From assembly GCA_002269645.1 (NCBI GenBank), contig NIVC01001837.1, positions 1-64,000 of the forward strand: DNA of 64,000 bases, read 5' to 3'. The position numbers and the translations under genes are program-made. This document shows, one piece after another, positions 1 through 11,332 of the stretch. The stretch's first letter is position 1. Each line of letters opens with the position of its first letter. Origin of the DNA: Macrostomum lignano (lineage: Eukaryota). Below the pieces are notes generated by a model that worked only from the letters and a program-made list of their open reading frames with translations, did no database searches and had not been told where the DNA came from.

Positions 1-1425
1 TGTTGTCAGATTCCGATGCCCCAGTGTCAGATTGCCGATACTTTGTGTCAGATCCGATGCCCAGTGTCAGATGCCGAAACTTCTGTGTCAGATGCCGATG
101 CCCCAGTGTCAGATGCCGAAACCCTCATGTCAGATGCCGATGCCCCTGTTGTCAGATGCCGAAACCCTCATGTCAGATGCCGATGCCCCTGTTGTCAGAT
201 GCCGAAACCCTCATGTCAGATGCCGATGCCCCTGTTGTCAGATGCCGAAACCCTCATGTCAGATGCCGATGCCCCTGTTGTCAGATGCCGAAACCCTCAT
301 GTCAGATGCCGATGCCCCTGTTGTCAGATGCCGAAACCCTCATGTCAGATGCCGATACTCCTGTGTCAGATGCCGATACTCCTGTGTCAGATGCCGATGC
401 CCCTGCAGTGTCAGATGCCGATACTCCTGTGTCAGATGCCGATGCCCCTGCAGTGTCAGATGCCGATGCCCTCATGTCAGATGCCGATGCCCCAGTGTCA
501 GATGCCGAAACCCTGTGTCAGATCCCGATTCCCCCGTGTCAGATGCCGATACTCCTGGGTCAGATGCGATGCCCCTGCAGTGTCAGATGCCGATGCCCCT
601 GCAGTGTCAGATGCCGATGCCCCCGCAGTGTCAGATGCCGAAACCCTCATGTCAGATGCCGATGCCAGATTCCGATGCCCCTGTGTCAGATTCCAATGCC
701 CCTGTTGTCAGATTCCGATGCCCCTGTGTCAGATTCCAATGCCCCTCATGTCAGATGCCGATGCCCCAGTGTCAGATGCCGAAACCCTGTGTCAGATCCC
801 GATTCCCCCGTGTCAGATGCCGATACTCCTGGGTCAGATGCCGATGCCCCTGCAGTGTCAGATGCCGATGCCCTCATGTCAGATGCCGATGCCCAGTGTC
901 AGATGCCGAAACCCTGTGTCAGATCCCGATTCCCCCGTGTCAGATGCCGATTACTCCTGGGTCAGATGCCGATGCCCCTGCAGTGTCAGATGCCGATGCC
1001 CCCGCAGTGTCAGATGCCGAAACCCTCATGTCAGATGCCGATGCCAGATTCCGATGCCCCTGTGTCAGATTCCAATGCCCCTGTTGTCAGATTCCGATAC
1101 CCCTGTGTCAGATTCCGATACTCCTGTGTCAGATCCCGATTCCCCCGTGTCAGATGCCGATACTCCTGTGTCAGATGCCGATACTCCTGTGTCAGATTCC
1201 AATGCCCCTGTTGTCAGATTCCGATACCCCTGTTGTCAGATTCCAATACCCCTGTGTCAGATTCCGATACTCCTGTGTCAGATGCCGATACTCCTGTGTC
1301 AGATGCCGATGCCCCTGCAGTGTCAGATGCCGAAACCCTCGTGTCAGATGCCGAAACCCTCATGTCAGATGCCGATGTCCCAGTGTCAGATGCCGATGCC
1401 AGATTCCGATGCCCCTGTGTCAGAT
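1..1425. repeat. Minisatellite, variable ~18-24 bp units with TGTCAGAT core
   Basis: Recurrent TGTCAGATGCCGATGCCCC / TGTCAGATTCCGATAC variants; runs off the window start. The three overlapping ~480-aa ORFs are repeat translations. Confidence 0.97.
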
Positions 1426-1845
1426 AGTGATAGTCATTGTATGTATAGTCATTAGTGGGACTATTGCCGATATGTATTGAAAACAATTTAAAGCACTACT
1501 ATCTAAACCGCGGGTGCAAAAGTTATAGACAAGACACTATCGTTGCCAGGCAAGTGTTTTGGCTATAAAATGCTTGAATTAAAATCCATAACGAAGTTCC
1601 ATGACGAAGTTCGCGTTCATTCTTCTTCGTTCTGGTTCTGCAGCAAAAAGGTCTTGTTGGCTTGGCAAATCTAAAAATACCTTAGCAAAGTCTAATTTTA
1701 ATTCTATTTGATGACCGAGTAGTTTACAGTTTGATTCGCCTGAATGACACTCATGACAAGGATGTGTAGACAGTGCGTATTTTACGCGAACCCCAACTTC
1801 TTGATCTGTCCCGGGACATGGCCCCACTATTAACAGTGATAACCT

Positions 1846-2880
1846 GTGGTCAGATATACTGATGCCTCTGTGTCAGATACCGATGGCTCCTGTGTCAGAT
1901 ACCGATCGCCCCTGTGTCACCCACCTGTGTCAGATACTGTCACCTTGTGTGAGATATTGTCAGATACTGCCACCTTGTGTGAGATATTGTCAGATACTGC
2001 CACCTTGTGTGAGATATTGTCAGATGCTGCCACTGTGTGGGAGATATTGTCAGATGCTGCCACCGCGTGGGAGATATTGTCAGATATTGCCACCGCGTGG
2101 GAGATATTGTCAGATATTGCCACCGTGTGGGAGATATTGTCAGATGCTGCCACCTTGTGTGAGATATTGTCAGATACTGCCACCTTGTGTCAGATACTGC
2201 CACCTTGTGTGAGATATTGTCAGATGCTGCCACCGTGTGGGAGATATTGTCAGATGCTGCCACCGTGTGGGAGACATTGTCAGATGCTGCCACCGTGTGG
2301 GAGATATTGTCAGATGCTGCCACCGTGTGGGAGACATTGTCAGATGCTGCCACCGTGTGGGAGATATTGTCAGATATTGCCACCGTGTGGGAGATATTGT
2401 CAGATGCTGCCACCGTGTGTCAGATATTGTCAGATATTGTCAGATATTGTCAGATATTGTCAGATATTGTCAGATATTGTCAGATATTGTCAGATGCTGG
2501 CACCGTGTGTCAGATATTGTCAGATGCTGGCACCGTGTGTCAGATATTGTCAGATGCTGGCACCGTGTGTCAGATATTGTCAGATGCTGGCACCGTGTGT
2601 CAGATATTGTCAGATGCTGGCACCGTGTGTCAGATATTGTCAGATGCTGCCACCGTGTGGGAGATATTGTCAGATGCTGCCACCGTGTGGGAGATATTGT
2701 CAGATGCTGCCACCGTGTGGGAGATATTGTCAGATACTGTCGCCTTGTGTGAGATATTGTGAGATACTGCCACCGTGTGTCAGATATTGTCAGATGCTGT
2801 CACCGTGTGTCAGATAGTCGCCTTGTGTCAGATACTGATGCTGCGCCTACATGTCAGATACTGTAAATGCACCCCGTGTC
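1846..2880. repeat. Second TGTCAGAT-core minisatellite (10-30 bp units)
   Basis: TGTCAGATATTG / TGTCAGATGCTGCCACCGTGTGGGAGATAT units, including a pure (TGTCAGATAT)n stretch at about 2418-2492. Confidence 0.96.
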
Positions 2881-5032
2881 GGATTACAGTCAGACGTCGC
2901 GATTTGGTGGACATTTGGACCCCAATCCTTAATAACTATTGCGTAAACTGAAGCTGTACCAATACCAAGACGCTAATTTTAAAACAGTTTCGTAAAATTA
3001 TGCCTAAAAGAGTCAATTTGTTTTTGTCAACGTCCACGACAGCGACCCCAAAAAAATTATAGAAAAGTAAAAAAGATTAAACTAAAATCTTTCGATCTGA
3101 CAAATGACTAGCCAGTAGCCACTACTATTTTTTTATCTAAGACTACGACACCCTGTCTGTAACACTCTTCTCTCAGCCTGCAATGCAAACTACGAGTATA
3201 ACTATACAGGCTGATCTTGTACGAGAGTTAATTACACCGCCTATCGTGATAATGCCTTGTACAGCTATTTAGCGGAGAGAGATTATTATGGGGTGGGGGT
3301 TGGCGCTAGACTGAGCCATCCGATTCATAGCCGGCATTCAAGTCAAACAAAAACGCTGACACTGGCCGGCAAGGACGAGCTTAACAAGTGCCCTGGCCGT
3401 CCAAACTCCAAGACCAAAACTCCAGGGCCGGTATTTCAACTTGAATTCTATTCCTTCCTTAATCTTAACTGGCGCAAAATAATTCAGTCAGTCAGTGGCT
3501 GCCTGCTGCGGGCACAGCAGTGGGTTGGTGGGTGCTGCTGTCCTGTGCATGAAAATTCAGATAGAGAGGCTAGATTAGGGAGGAGAGGAGTGAGCTATGG
3601 GGTGTTGGGGCTGCGGACAAACCAACTGATAAGGAAGCCTCCAGTCCGCCCCCCCCCTTAGTTGATGTTGGAAAGGCCTGTAGAGTAGAGAGAAGTAACG
3701 TATTATTGGCCATTGAGTGCAAAACCTGGGCCGACTGTCGTTCTCAATTCGGGCTCCGGCATACATTTAAGACTTGTAGAGGAGCTTTGCAATCTGCTTT
3801 CGCATGCAGCCAGTGAGCCAGCACCCAGTGGAGTTCTTACAACAAAGAGCTTAGAAAGAGAAAGAGCGTGGTGAAGGGTTAAAAAAAACACTTTGAAAGG
3901 CGGAACTGTGCAGTGCGCACGGCACGGGGTGAAGGGTGGACCATAAAAACTGAGGCATAGGCGGTGGGGGTGAGGGCGCGCATTGGTATACTCACTGGCA
4001 GGCCGAGTCATGCCACGGCGTGCAGCTGTGCACATTAAAAAACCGCTCCCTTAGCAAGAAGGATAGGAAACCGGCCTCCGCCACCGGCTCTTTGGGGGTT
4101 CGTCATTCAGCTTAGGGCCGTAGGGCGTCTCTCTCATTCGCGTTTTTATCTCTAATAGTTGAGTTATTACACACATATGAGAGTATTTGGAGCTGGCGCC
4201 ATGTATACAGGGGGGGGGGGGTTGCATCTCAATGCTCAATTTCCTAATTGCCTTCCCAAAACCATATAGGCAGCCAACTAAATTAGCGTAGACTCACTAA
4301 ACTAATTTGATCTTATTATAAAAGTACATCGACAGCCCTGGATTAGCAGTAACAGTTTAGTGATTCACTTATTCACGAATCAATACTAGGAGCTACTTAC
4401 TAGCTAGTTCCGGCGACCCCCCTCGCCCGAACATAACAAGTGTCTAAGGCTAATCAAGTCCGGATCAGCGGCCCAGCAGTCAGTCACTCACTCACTCGCA
4501 TTGTCACAGGGACTTACAGCAGCACAACATTCCCTCCTATCCCTAATTCTTTCATTCTCCTTTCTCTTCCTCGTCCAATGGAGTGTGTGGACGTAGCCTC
4601 TCCGCTCTCCCCCCTTAAGCTATCGGAGCAGGGTGGGGGGAGGGTGCTGGGCCACTGCGGGCGTTCCGCCGCAAACCCCCCTCCCCCCCAAAACCTGACC
4701 CCGCGAGGGTTGGTTTATGATTTAGTATGTTTGTTGAGGGTGCAGTGAGAGAAGGAGAGAAAAGAGCGAAGACACCCCAAAGCCAGCGGCAGCCCGAGTC
4801 CGAAGTGACAGCCGAACGGAGCTAAGGATATCTCGGGCAAGCAATCGCTCTATTGTAATTGTAATGTCCTCAGACCTTGGCCTAAACTGTCTGCTACAGC
4901 CTGTGCCACTTGCTTCTGGCGACTGCGTCTACTTGTCTGCAGTCTAATCTGTGCTTTAACCGCTTAAAGAGTTAGTTCTTCCTGTATAAATTAAGAGTAA
5001 AATTCGAGCCCAAGCTGCTGCGACAGCGCCCA

Positions 5033-6853
5033 ATGTCAGACACAGAAGAGAGCATATGCGTCGATCAAGTCAATGCTGCTGCAGAGGCCCCCACGCTAGC
5101 AGAATTTAATAAAAACAGTAGCAGCGGCCCAATGCCAATGGACCTGAAAGTGCTGCCTGATGACAGCAAGCTGCGCCTGCGCACCGAGTCCGAGCCGGGA
5201 CAAGGCGATGATAATGACGGAGAGGGCGAAATCCATAACAAAAAGCACGATGACAGAGCCGACGAAGGGGCCGACGGTGACATTGATGACGAAGACGACG
5301 GGCCGAGTCATTATCGGAGGCTGGACGGCGCTGTAGACAACAACGCGGCTCTAGCCGACGAGGACAAATCGACGTCCAGCCCTTGCTCGGTGCCGGATTC
5401 CGCCGTCGGCTGCCGCGACCGCGACCTGCACTCGCTGGAGATCGAGCGGGCCTGCATGGAGTCGCAGGGCGAGGTCAACGTCAAATGGGACATCACGCGA
5501 AAGAACAAAACCAGCATAGTGATCAACGGCTATAAGATGACGGAGAGTCGGGCTGGCAAGGACGGCCGGATATTCTGGCGCTGCAGCAAGCGCTTCTGCT
5601 CGGCCACGGCCATCAGCCTCGGCCAGCGGCTGCTGTCCGTACGCCAGGTGGACGAAGCCCGATTTCATAATCATCCGCCGACTGGCCGAGAGGAATTCTT
5701 TCGAGGCGACTTCAGCACGCCGGGAACATCGACCAGCGTCACCGTCAAGTGGCCGGTGCTGCGCGCCTCTTCAGCTAGAGGATCGGCGACGGCGCAGATT
5801 CCAAAGTCGGCGTCGAAGGCAGCGGCGGCGTCAGGTGGTCCGGACGAGCTGCAGTACGCTGACGGAATGGTTCAGGCATCGCAGGCCGACGAAGCCCTTC
5901 CTGCAGCGGCGGCGGCAGCCGCTTCGATGGCAGCAGCCACGGCGGCGATGCTGCCCTCCTCGCAGGCGCAGACGGTCTCTTCGCTGCTGGCAGCTGCGGG
6001 TGCATCGCAGCTGCACCTGGGACAGCAGCAGCAGCAGCACTATCAGCAGCAGCAACTCCAGCAGCACCTGTATAACAGCGCCAAGCGAATGCGCCACGGC
6101 TCAATTGAAAGCGGCGGCAGCAGCACCGGCACCTCCGAGGCCGCCCTGTCCGACCCACTGTGCGCCAGCCAGCAGCGCCAGCAGCTCGGCCAGCTGAGGG
6201 CGGCATCCGGCGGCCTGGTGCCATCAAGCGCCGCCGCCGCCGCCGATGTGCACAAATCATTTTTATCGCTGGCCTCGAGCTTGGGCCTACCCTATTCTGG
6301 CCTGTTTCCCAATTCGCTTCCAACGGAGCCCATTGCTCCACACCAGCAGCACCAGCAGCAACTGCATCGGCTGCAGCACCAGCACCAGCACCAGCAGCAC
6401 CAGCAGCAACTGCATCGGCTGCAGCACCAGCACCAGCACCAGCAGCAGCAGCAGCACAGTTACCAACCAAATGGCAGCAATATGCAGACTATCAAGTCGT
6501 ATCACTCGATATTTAATCCGCCACAGCCAATGCCGATGCTGCACCAGTCGCCGAGGCATCATCAGCAGCCGCTGCCACCGCCGCAGCCGCCGGCTGAAGC
6601 CACAGCCTCGCCGCTGAAGGAGGCCCTATCCCAGGTGGATAACTTCCAGCTGCAGCGCCAGCTCAGACGACTGGACGGCTATTTCCGGTCGGGCATTGTT
6701 GCCCTGACGGACACGCTCACGGGGCACCAGGGCGCCGCAGCTGCCGCCAATGACGCCGATTTTGTAGCCTGGGAGCGGGACAGCATGACCCGCCTGTTCG
6801 CCTACATGGATGGCCTTGAACGGGTACAGAAGCTGGCCAGTGACCTGCCGTAG
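5033..6853 (+). CDS. FLYWCH-type zinc-finger protein with polyQ/polyH/polyA tracts (606 aa, single exon)
   Basis: Uninterrupted GC-rich ORF; motif INGYKMTESRAGKDGRIFWRCSKRFCSATA...FHNHPP fits the FLYWCH W-x-C..C..H-x-H pattern; acidic N-terminus and Q/H-rich middle. Confidence 0.85.
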   Translation: MSDTEESICVDQVNAAAEAPTLAEFNKNSSSGPMPMDLKVLPDDSKLRLRTESEPGQGDDNDGEGEIHNKKHDDRADEGADGDIDDEDDGPSHYRRLDGAVDNNAALADEDKSTSSPCSVPDSAVGCRDRDLHSLEIERACMESQGEVNVKWDITRKNKTSIVINGYKMTESRAGKDGRIFWRCSKRFCSATAISLGQRLLSVRQVDEARFHNHPPTGREEFFRGDFSTPGTSTSVTVKWPVLRASSARGSATAQIPKSASKAAAASGGPDELQYADGMVQASQADEALPAAAAAAASMAAATAAMLPSSQAQTVSSLLAAAGASQLHLGQQQQQHYQQQQLQQHLYNSAKRMRHGSIESGGSSTGTSEAALSDPLCASQQRQQLGQLRAASGGLVPSSAAAAADVHKSFLSLASSLGLPYSGLFPNSLPTEPIAPHQQHQQQLHRLQHQHQHQQHQQQLHRLQHQHQHQQQQQHSYQPNGSNMQTIKSYHSIFNPPQPMPMLHQSPRHHQQPLPPPQPPAEATASPLKEALSQVDNFQLQRQLRRLDGYFRSGIVALTDTLTGHQGAAAAANDADFVAWERDSMTRLFAYMDGLERVQKLASDLP

Positions 6854-7805
6854 TCTGAGCTGAATCCGGAACTTTAGCTTAATACTCGTTTATTTGCGCC
6901 AAAACCGTCTCCGCACTACTCGGTGAGTTTTACTTGGAGTTTCTGCTGCCGCTATATGATGTTGCTCTGGTTATTTGTTTCACTAAGCTCCCCTGCTAAA
7001 CACTACCGCATTGCTGAATAGGGAATTTGTTTTTTGTTGTTGCCTGCCCCTCTTTTTCTTTGCAAAATTTTGTCTCAAATCTTGCAGCATTCACATTCTA
7101 ATTTGTGCTCACTACACTACTACTACTACTACTAGCAGTAGCATGGATTGCGAACTGCATTCTCGTTAAACAATTTAGTTTTTTACACAAATTTTTATTG
7201 AAACGGAATTTTAGCTAAAATCTATCACGAAGAACGCAATTGACAATTAAGTTTTACTGGCAAAGTCGTCCTTATGGTGCAGCTATAAATGTAACTCTCT
7301 TCTATCCTTCTGATGCTCATTGTCCTCAGTTTTTTGCCATTTCGCCTTGCTCCATCGCTTCCCATTTAGCAATGTTTTCAGCGTTTCCGGTGCTTATTTC
7401 TTGTCGAATAACTTATTGTACCCCCCCCGAGTGACCCCAGACTGTGCTCAAAGTCGTTTACTATTTTGTATGTTATGTAGCTCAATGATTATTACCAAGG
7501 AAGGCCTTTGAGGTGCTACAGGTAGCTAACCTAACAATTACATTTATATTTTTCCCATTTAAAAGTAGCTTAAAATTTAGCAACGAACTGTTCAGCTTTC
7601 TGTTCAAGCTCGCACTGAATCAGTCTTCTGCATAACCCGCCTTTATTTATTGCCATATTGCTGCTCGCCCTTTGAAACCCGGTTGGAGTCATGCAATCTA
7701 TTATTGTTTTTGTTGCATTAGTTTACAGGCAATACAAGAAATTCTGTGCTCGTGTGGCATTTTCATTCATTGGCATTGACATATCATTGACATGCTAGCG
7801 CTGGG

Positions 7806-8415
7806 ACTCGGATTCAGAGGATTTCAGGATGGGGATTCGAATTGGGGATTTCAGGATGGGGATTCGAATTGGGGATTTCAGGATGGGGATTCGAATTGGG
7901 GATTTCAGGATGGGGATTCGAATTGGGGATTTCATAATGAGGATTGAATTGGGGATTTCAGGATGGGGATTCGAATTGAGGATTTCATAATGAGGATTGA
8001 ATTGGGGATTTCAGGATGGGGATTCGAATTGGGGATTTCATAATGAGGATTGAATTGGGGATTTCAGGATGGGGATTCGAATTGGGGATTTCATAATGAG
8101 GATTGAATTGGGGATTTCAGGATGGGGATTCGAATTGGGGATTTCATAATGAGGATTGAATTGGGGATTTCAGGATGGGGATTCGAATTGAGGATTTCAG
8201 GATGGGGATTCGAATTGGGGATTTCAGGATGGGGATTCGAATTGGGGATTTCAGGATGGGGATTCGAATTGAGGATTTCAGGATGGGGATTCGAATTGGG
8301 GATTTCAGGATGGGGATTCGAATTGGGGATTTCAGGATGGGGATTCGAATCTGAGATTTCAGGATGGGGATTCGAATTGGGGATTTCAGGATGGGGATTC
8401 GAATTGGGGATTTCA
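7806..8415. repeat. 27-bp minisatellite (GGGGATTTCAGGATGGGGATTCGAATT)
   Basis: About 22 tandem units with a few recurring variants. Confidence 0.96.
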
Positions 8416-9279
8416 CGATTTGGATATAGAATTGAGGATATAAAAGAAATTTAATTAGTTCTAGCTCAATAGTTCCACCGTGCCATGAAAGCAATGATGC
8501 TACAGTTGTCACTAACCGAAATCATGTTAACTTTTATTCATAGCAGTTTTACACTGAAACATTTCTCCTGTTAGAGTAGCTTAAAATGGCTTCAATTTCG
8601 TGGCCAATACATACATACACATTTTTACCAAAACTGCAAAGCTTGTGTGTGCCCAGTTAGTCCAATAGTTTAAACAGCCACCAAAAGGCTCCCGTTAACC
8701 AAGTTGGTGCGCGTTAGCGCACTCAGTGTACACTTTTATTACTGTTACTGCACTTGTTATACCCTGTGTACTTTTTTCTGTCTATGAACTTTTGTCGATG
8801 GCTGATCATTTCTTTTGCGATTTAAATTTGAAAAATTAAATTTTATCCAGCATAGGTGCTGCTGGCACTCTGCAAATCGCACAGGTAAACCGTGCGTCTG
8901 TATCATACATCACGGATACTCAATGTTTTTAGTTGAATTTTCTTATTGATCTGTGCATTGGGGTCACGTCTGCCCATTTTATGGTGGGGGGGGGGACAAA
9001 GCCAATATGTTTAGATGTACATTTTTACATAACTAAATTCCTACATGTACATTATTTTCAGAATCGGTGTTGTCAGAGTTTATTTTGGCGTCGCAGGCAC
9101 TCATTTTGGTGCCATGAAGCAAAATTATTGATTTCCATAACGGGTCCCAACCACAGGGTGGGTTGGGGAGACAAAGCATTGGCAAAAAACCATAGCTTAT
9201 ACTCGGGGGACATGTCATGCCCCCCCGGTGGCCTTGCCCCTGGACATGTTGCAATGACCTGGATCACCTTGATGACTAA

Positions 9280-9629
9280 CTCACTTGAGTGTGACCAACT
9301 CACTTGGGTAATGACCAACTCACTTGGTTAATGAACAACTCACTTGGTTAATGAACAACTCACTTGGGTAATGACCAACTCACTTGGGTAATGAACAACT
9401 CACTTGGGTAATGACCAACTCACTTGGGTAATGACCACCTCACTTGGGTAATGACCAACTCACTTGGGTAATGAACAACTCACTTGGGTAATGACCAACT
9501 CACTTGGGTAATGACCACCTCACTTGGGTAATGACCAACTCACTTGGTTAATGAACAACTCACTTGGGTAATGACCAACTCACTTGGGTAATGACCAACT
9601 CACTTGGGTAATGACCAACTCACTTGGGT
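9280..9629. repeat. 20-bp minisatellite (ACTCACTTGGGTAATGACCA)
   Basis: About 17 tandem units. Confidence 0.96.
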
Positions 9630-10286
9630 AGTTACCTAATTAACGCGAGCCAGCATGTGTGCACTTAAGACTCATGCATTTAAGATTCGCGCTTAATATT
9701 GCGTCCCGGGTGCTGAAGTGCCGTGAGAACCCAAATAAACAATGAGCAAAGAACACAAACGCGTCTCAATAAGCGAGTTTTAAGTGACGAAAAGGTTAGA
9801 AATACGCCGAGGGCACAACTGCGCATAGATGCATCTATTTTTAACAAGGAATAAATAATTCTTAAATAAATTAACTTCCAAAGCACACATGAACATCAGC
9901 TGACTGCCAGCATGACTTCAGAATAGCAGGTCTAGTTAAAATTTGCATGATACATTAGCCATGCATCATAAATAACTGGGCAATTAAAAAATTTACCCAT
10001 TCAAGCCTCATTAGGTGCTTCAACAAGTTTAACGTAGACGTAAAAACGAAATTAATATTATTGAAAAAAAAGTTCGGTATAAACCTAATACTCGTAGCAA
10101 GACGAAAGAAACTAAAAGAAAACTAATTGAAGCATTAGGCGCAACTAACAACATTAAGACATACATATATATTGTAGCTAAATATGAGATTTCGTTCATA
10201 CATCGGCAGATGCCTTTTGAAACAGAGATCGGAAAGCGTCTTCACATTTGCCATATGAGGTCAGGTAAAAAGACCAGTTCATGGCT

Positions 10287-11000
10287 GCAAGCCAGGTGAG
10301 AGGGGAGGGGAGGGGAGAGAGGGGAGGGAAGGGAAGAGAGGAGAGTGGAGGGGAGAAAGAGGGAGAGAGAGGAGAGGGGAGGGAAGGGGAGAGAGGAGAG
10401 TGGAGGGGAGAAAGAGGGAGAGAGAGGAGAGTGGAGGGGAGGGAAGAGAGGAGAGTGGAGGGGAGAAAGAGGGAGAGAGGAGAGGGGAGGGGAGGGAAGA
10501 GAGGAGAGTGGAGGGGAGAAAGAGGGAGAGAGAGGAGAGGGGAGGGAAGGGGAGAGAGGAGAGTGGAGGGGAGAAAGAGGGAGAGAGAGGAGAGGGGAGG
10601 GGAGGGAAGAGAGGAGAGTGGAGGGGAGGGGAGAAAGAGGGAGAGAGAGGAGAGGGGAGGGAAGGGGAGAGAGGAGAGGGGAGGGGAGGGAAGAGAGGAG
10701 AGTGGAGGGGAGGGAAGAGAGGAGAGTGGAGGGGAGGGAAGAGAGGAGAGTGGAGGGGAGGGAAGAGAGGAGAGTGGAGGGGAGGGAAGAGAGGAGAGTG
10801 GAGGGGAGGGAAGAGAGGAGAGTGGAGGGGAGGGAAGAGAGGAAAGTGGAGGGGAGGGAAGAGAGGAGAGTGGAGGGGAGGGAAGAGAGGAGAGTGGAGG
10901 GGAGAAAGAGGGAGAGAGAGGAGAGGAGAGGGAAGGGGAGAGAGGAGAGTGGAGGGGAGAAAGAGGGAGAGAGAGGAGAGGGGAGGGGAGGGGAGAGAGG
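10287..11000. repeat. Polypurine (GA-rich) low-complexity / minisatellite tract
   Basis: Almost only G and A on the + strand; core unit GGAGGGGAGGGAAGAGAGGAGAGT (24 bp). Confidence 0.95.
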
Positions 11001-11266
11001 ATAGAGGCTTCACTTAGTTATAGGGGGCATCGTTCGGCGGATGCAGCGAGGAGGCGGAGAGAGGGAGGGGAGGGAGGAGGGGGAGAAGAGAGCAGACACA
11101 AACCCCGAACAGGCCGGACAGAGGCTTCGCGGGCCCTGATTAAAAGTCTTTTTATAACACAATTTAAAAGATTTGAAAACGAAATCAAACGAAAAAAGGG
11201 CCAGAGTCGAATAAGCAAAGGTTAGGGCTCGAAAAGTTTAGCGAGGTTATAAAAAATTAAATTAAT

Positions 11267-11272
11267 TTTATT
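11267..11272 (-). promoter_or_regulatory. Candidate polyadenylation signal of the malic enzyme gene
   Basis: AATAAA on the minus strand about 60 nt downstream of the TAA stop at 11333-11335. Confidence 0.45.
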
Positions 11273-11332
11273 AAGAAACTACTTGTGAGTAGTTTTCTTA
11301 AATAGTATAAATCGAAAATGACAACCATTATC

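Noticed and set aside
3-1480. Cys-rich ~480-aa ORFs resembling metallothionein or keratin-associated proteins
   Set aside because: All three frames are open and encode permutations of the same repeat, the signature of a non-coding minisatellite.
1735-1765. CxxCH heme-binding motif (PCHECH) in the minus-strand ORF
   Set aside because: A single short motif in an unverified ORF, expected by chance, with no cytochrome c context.
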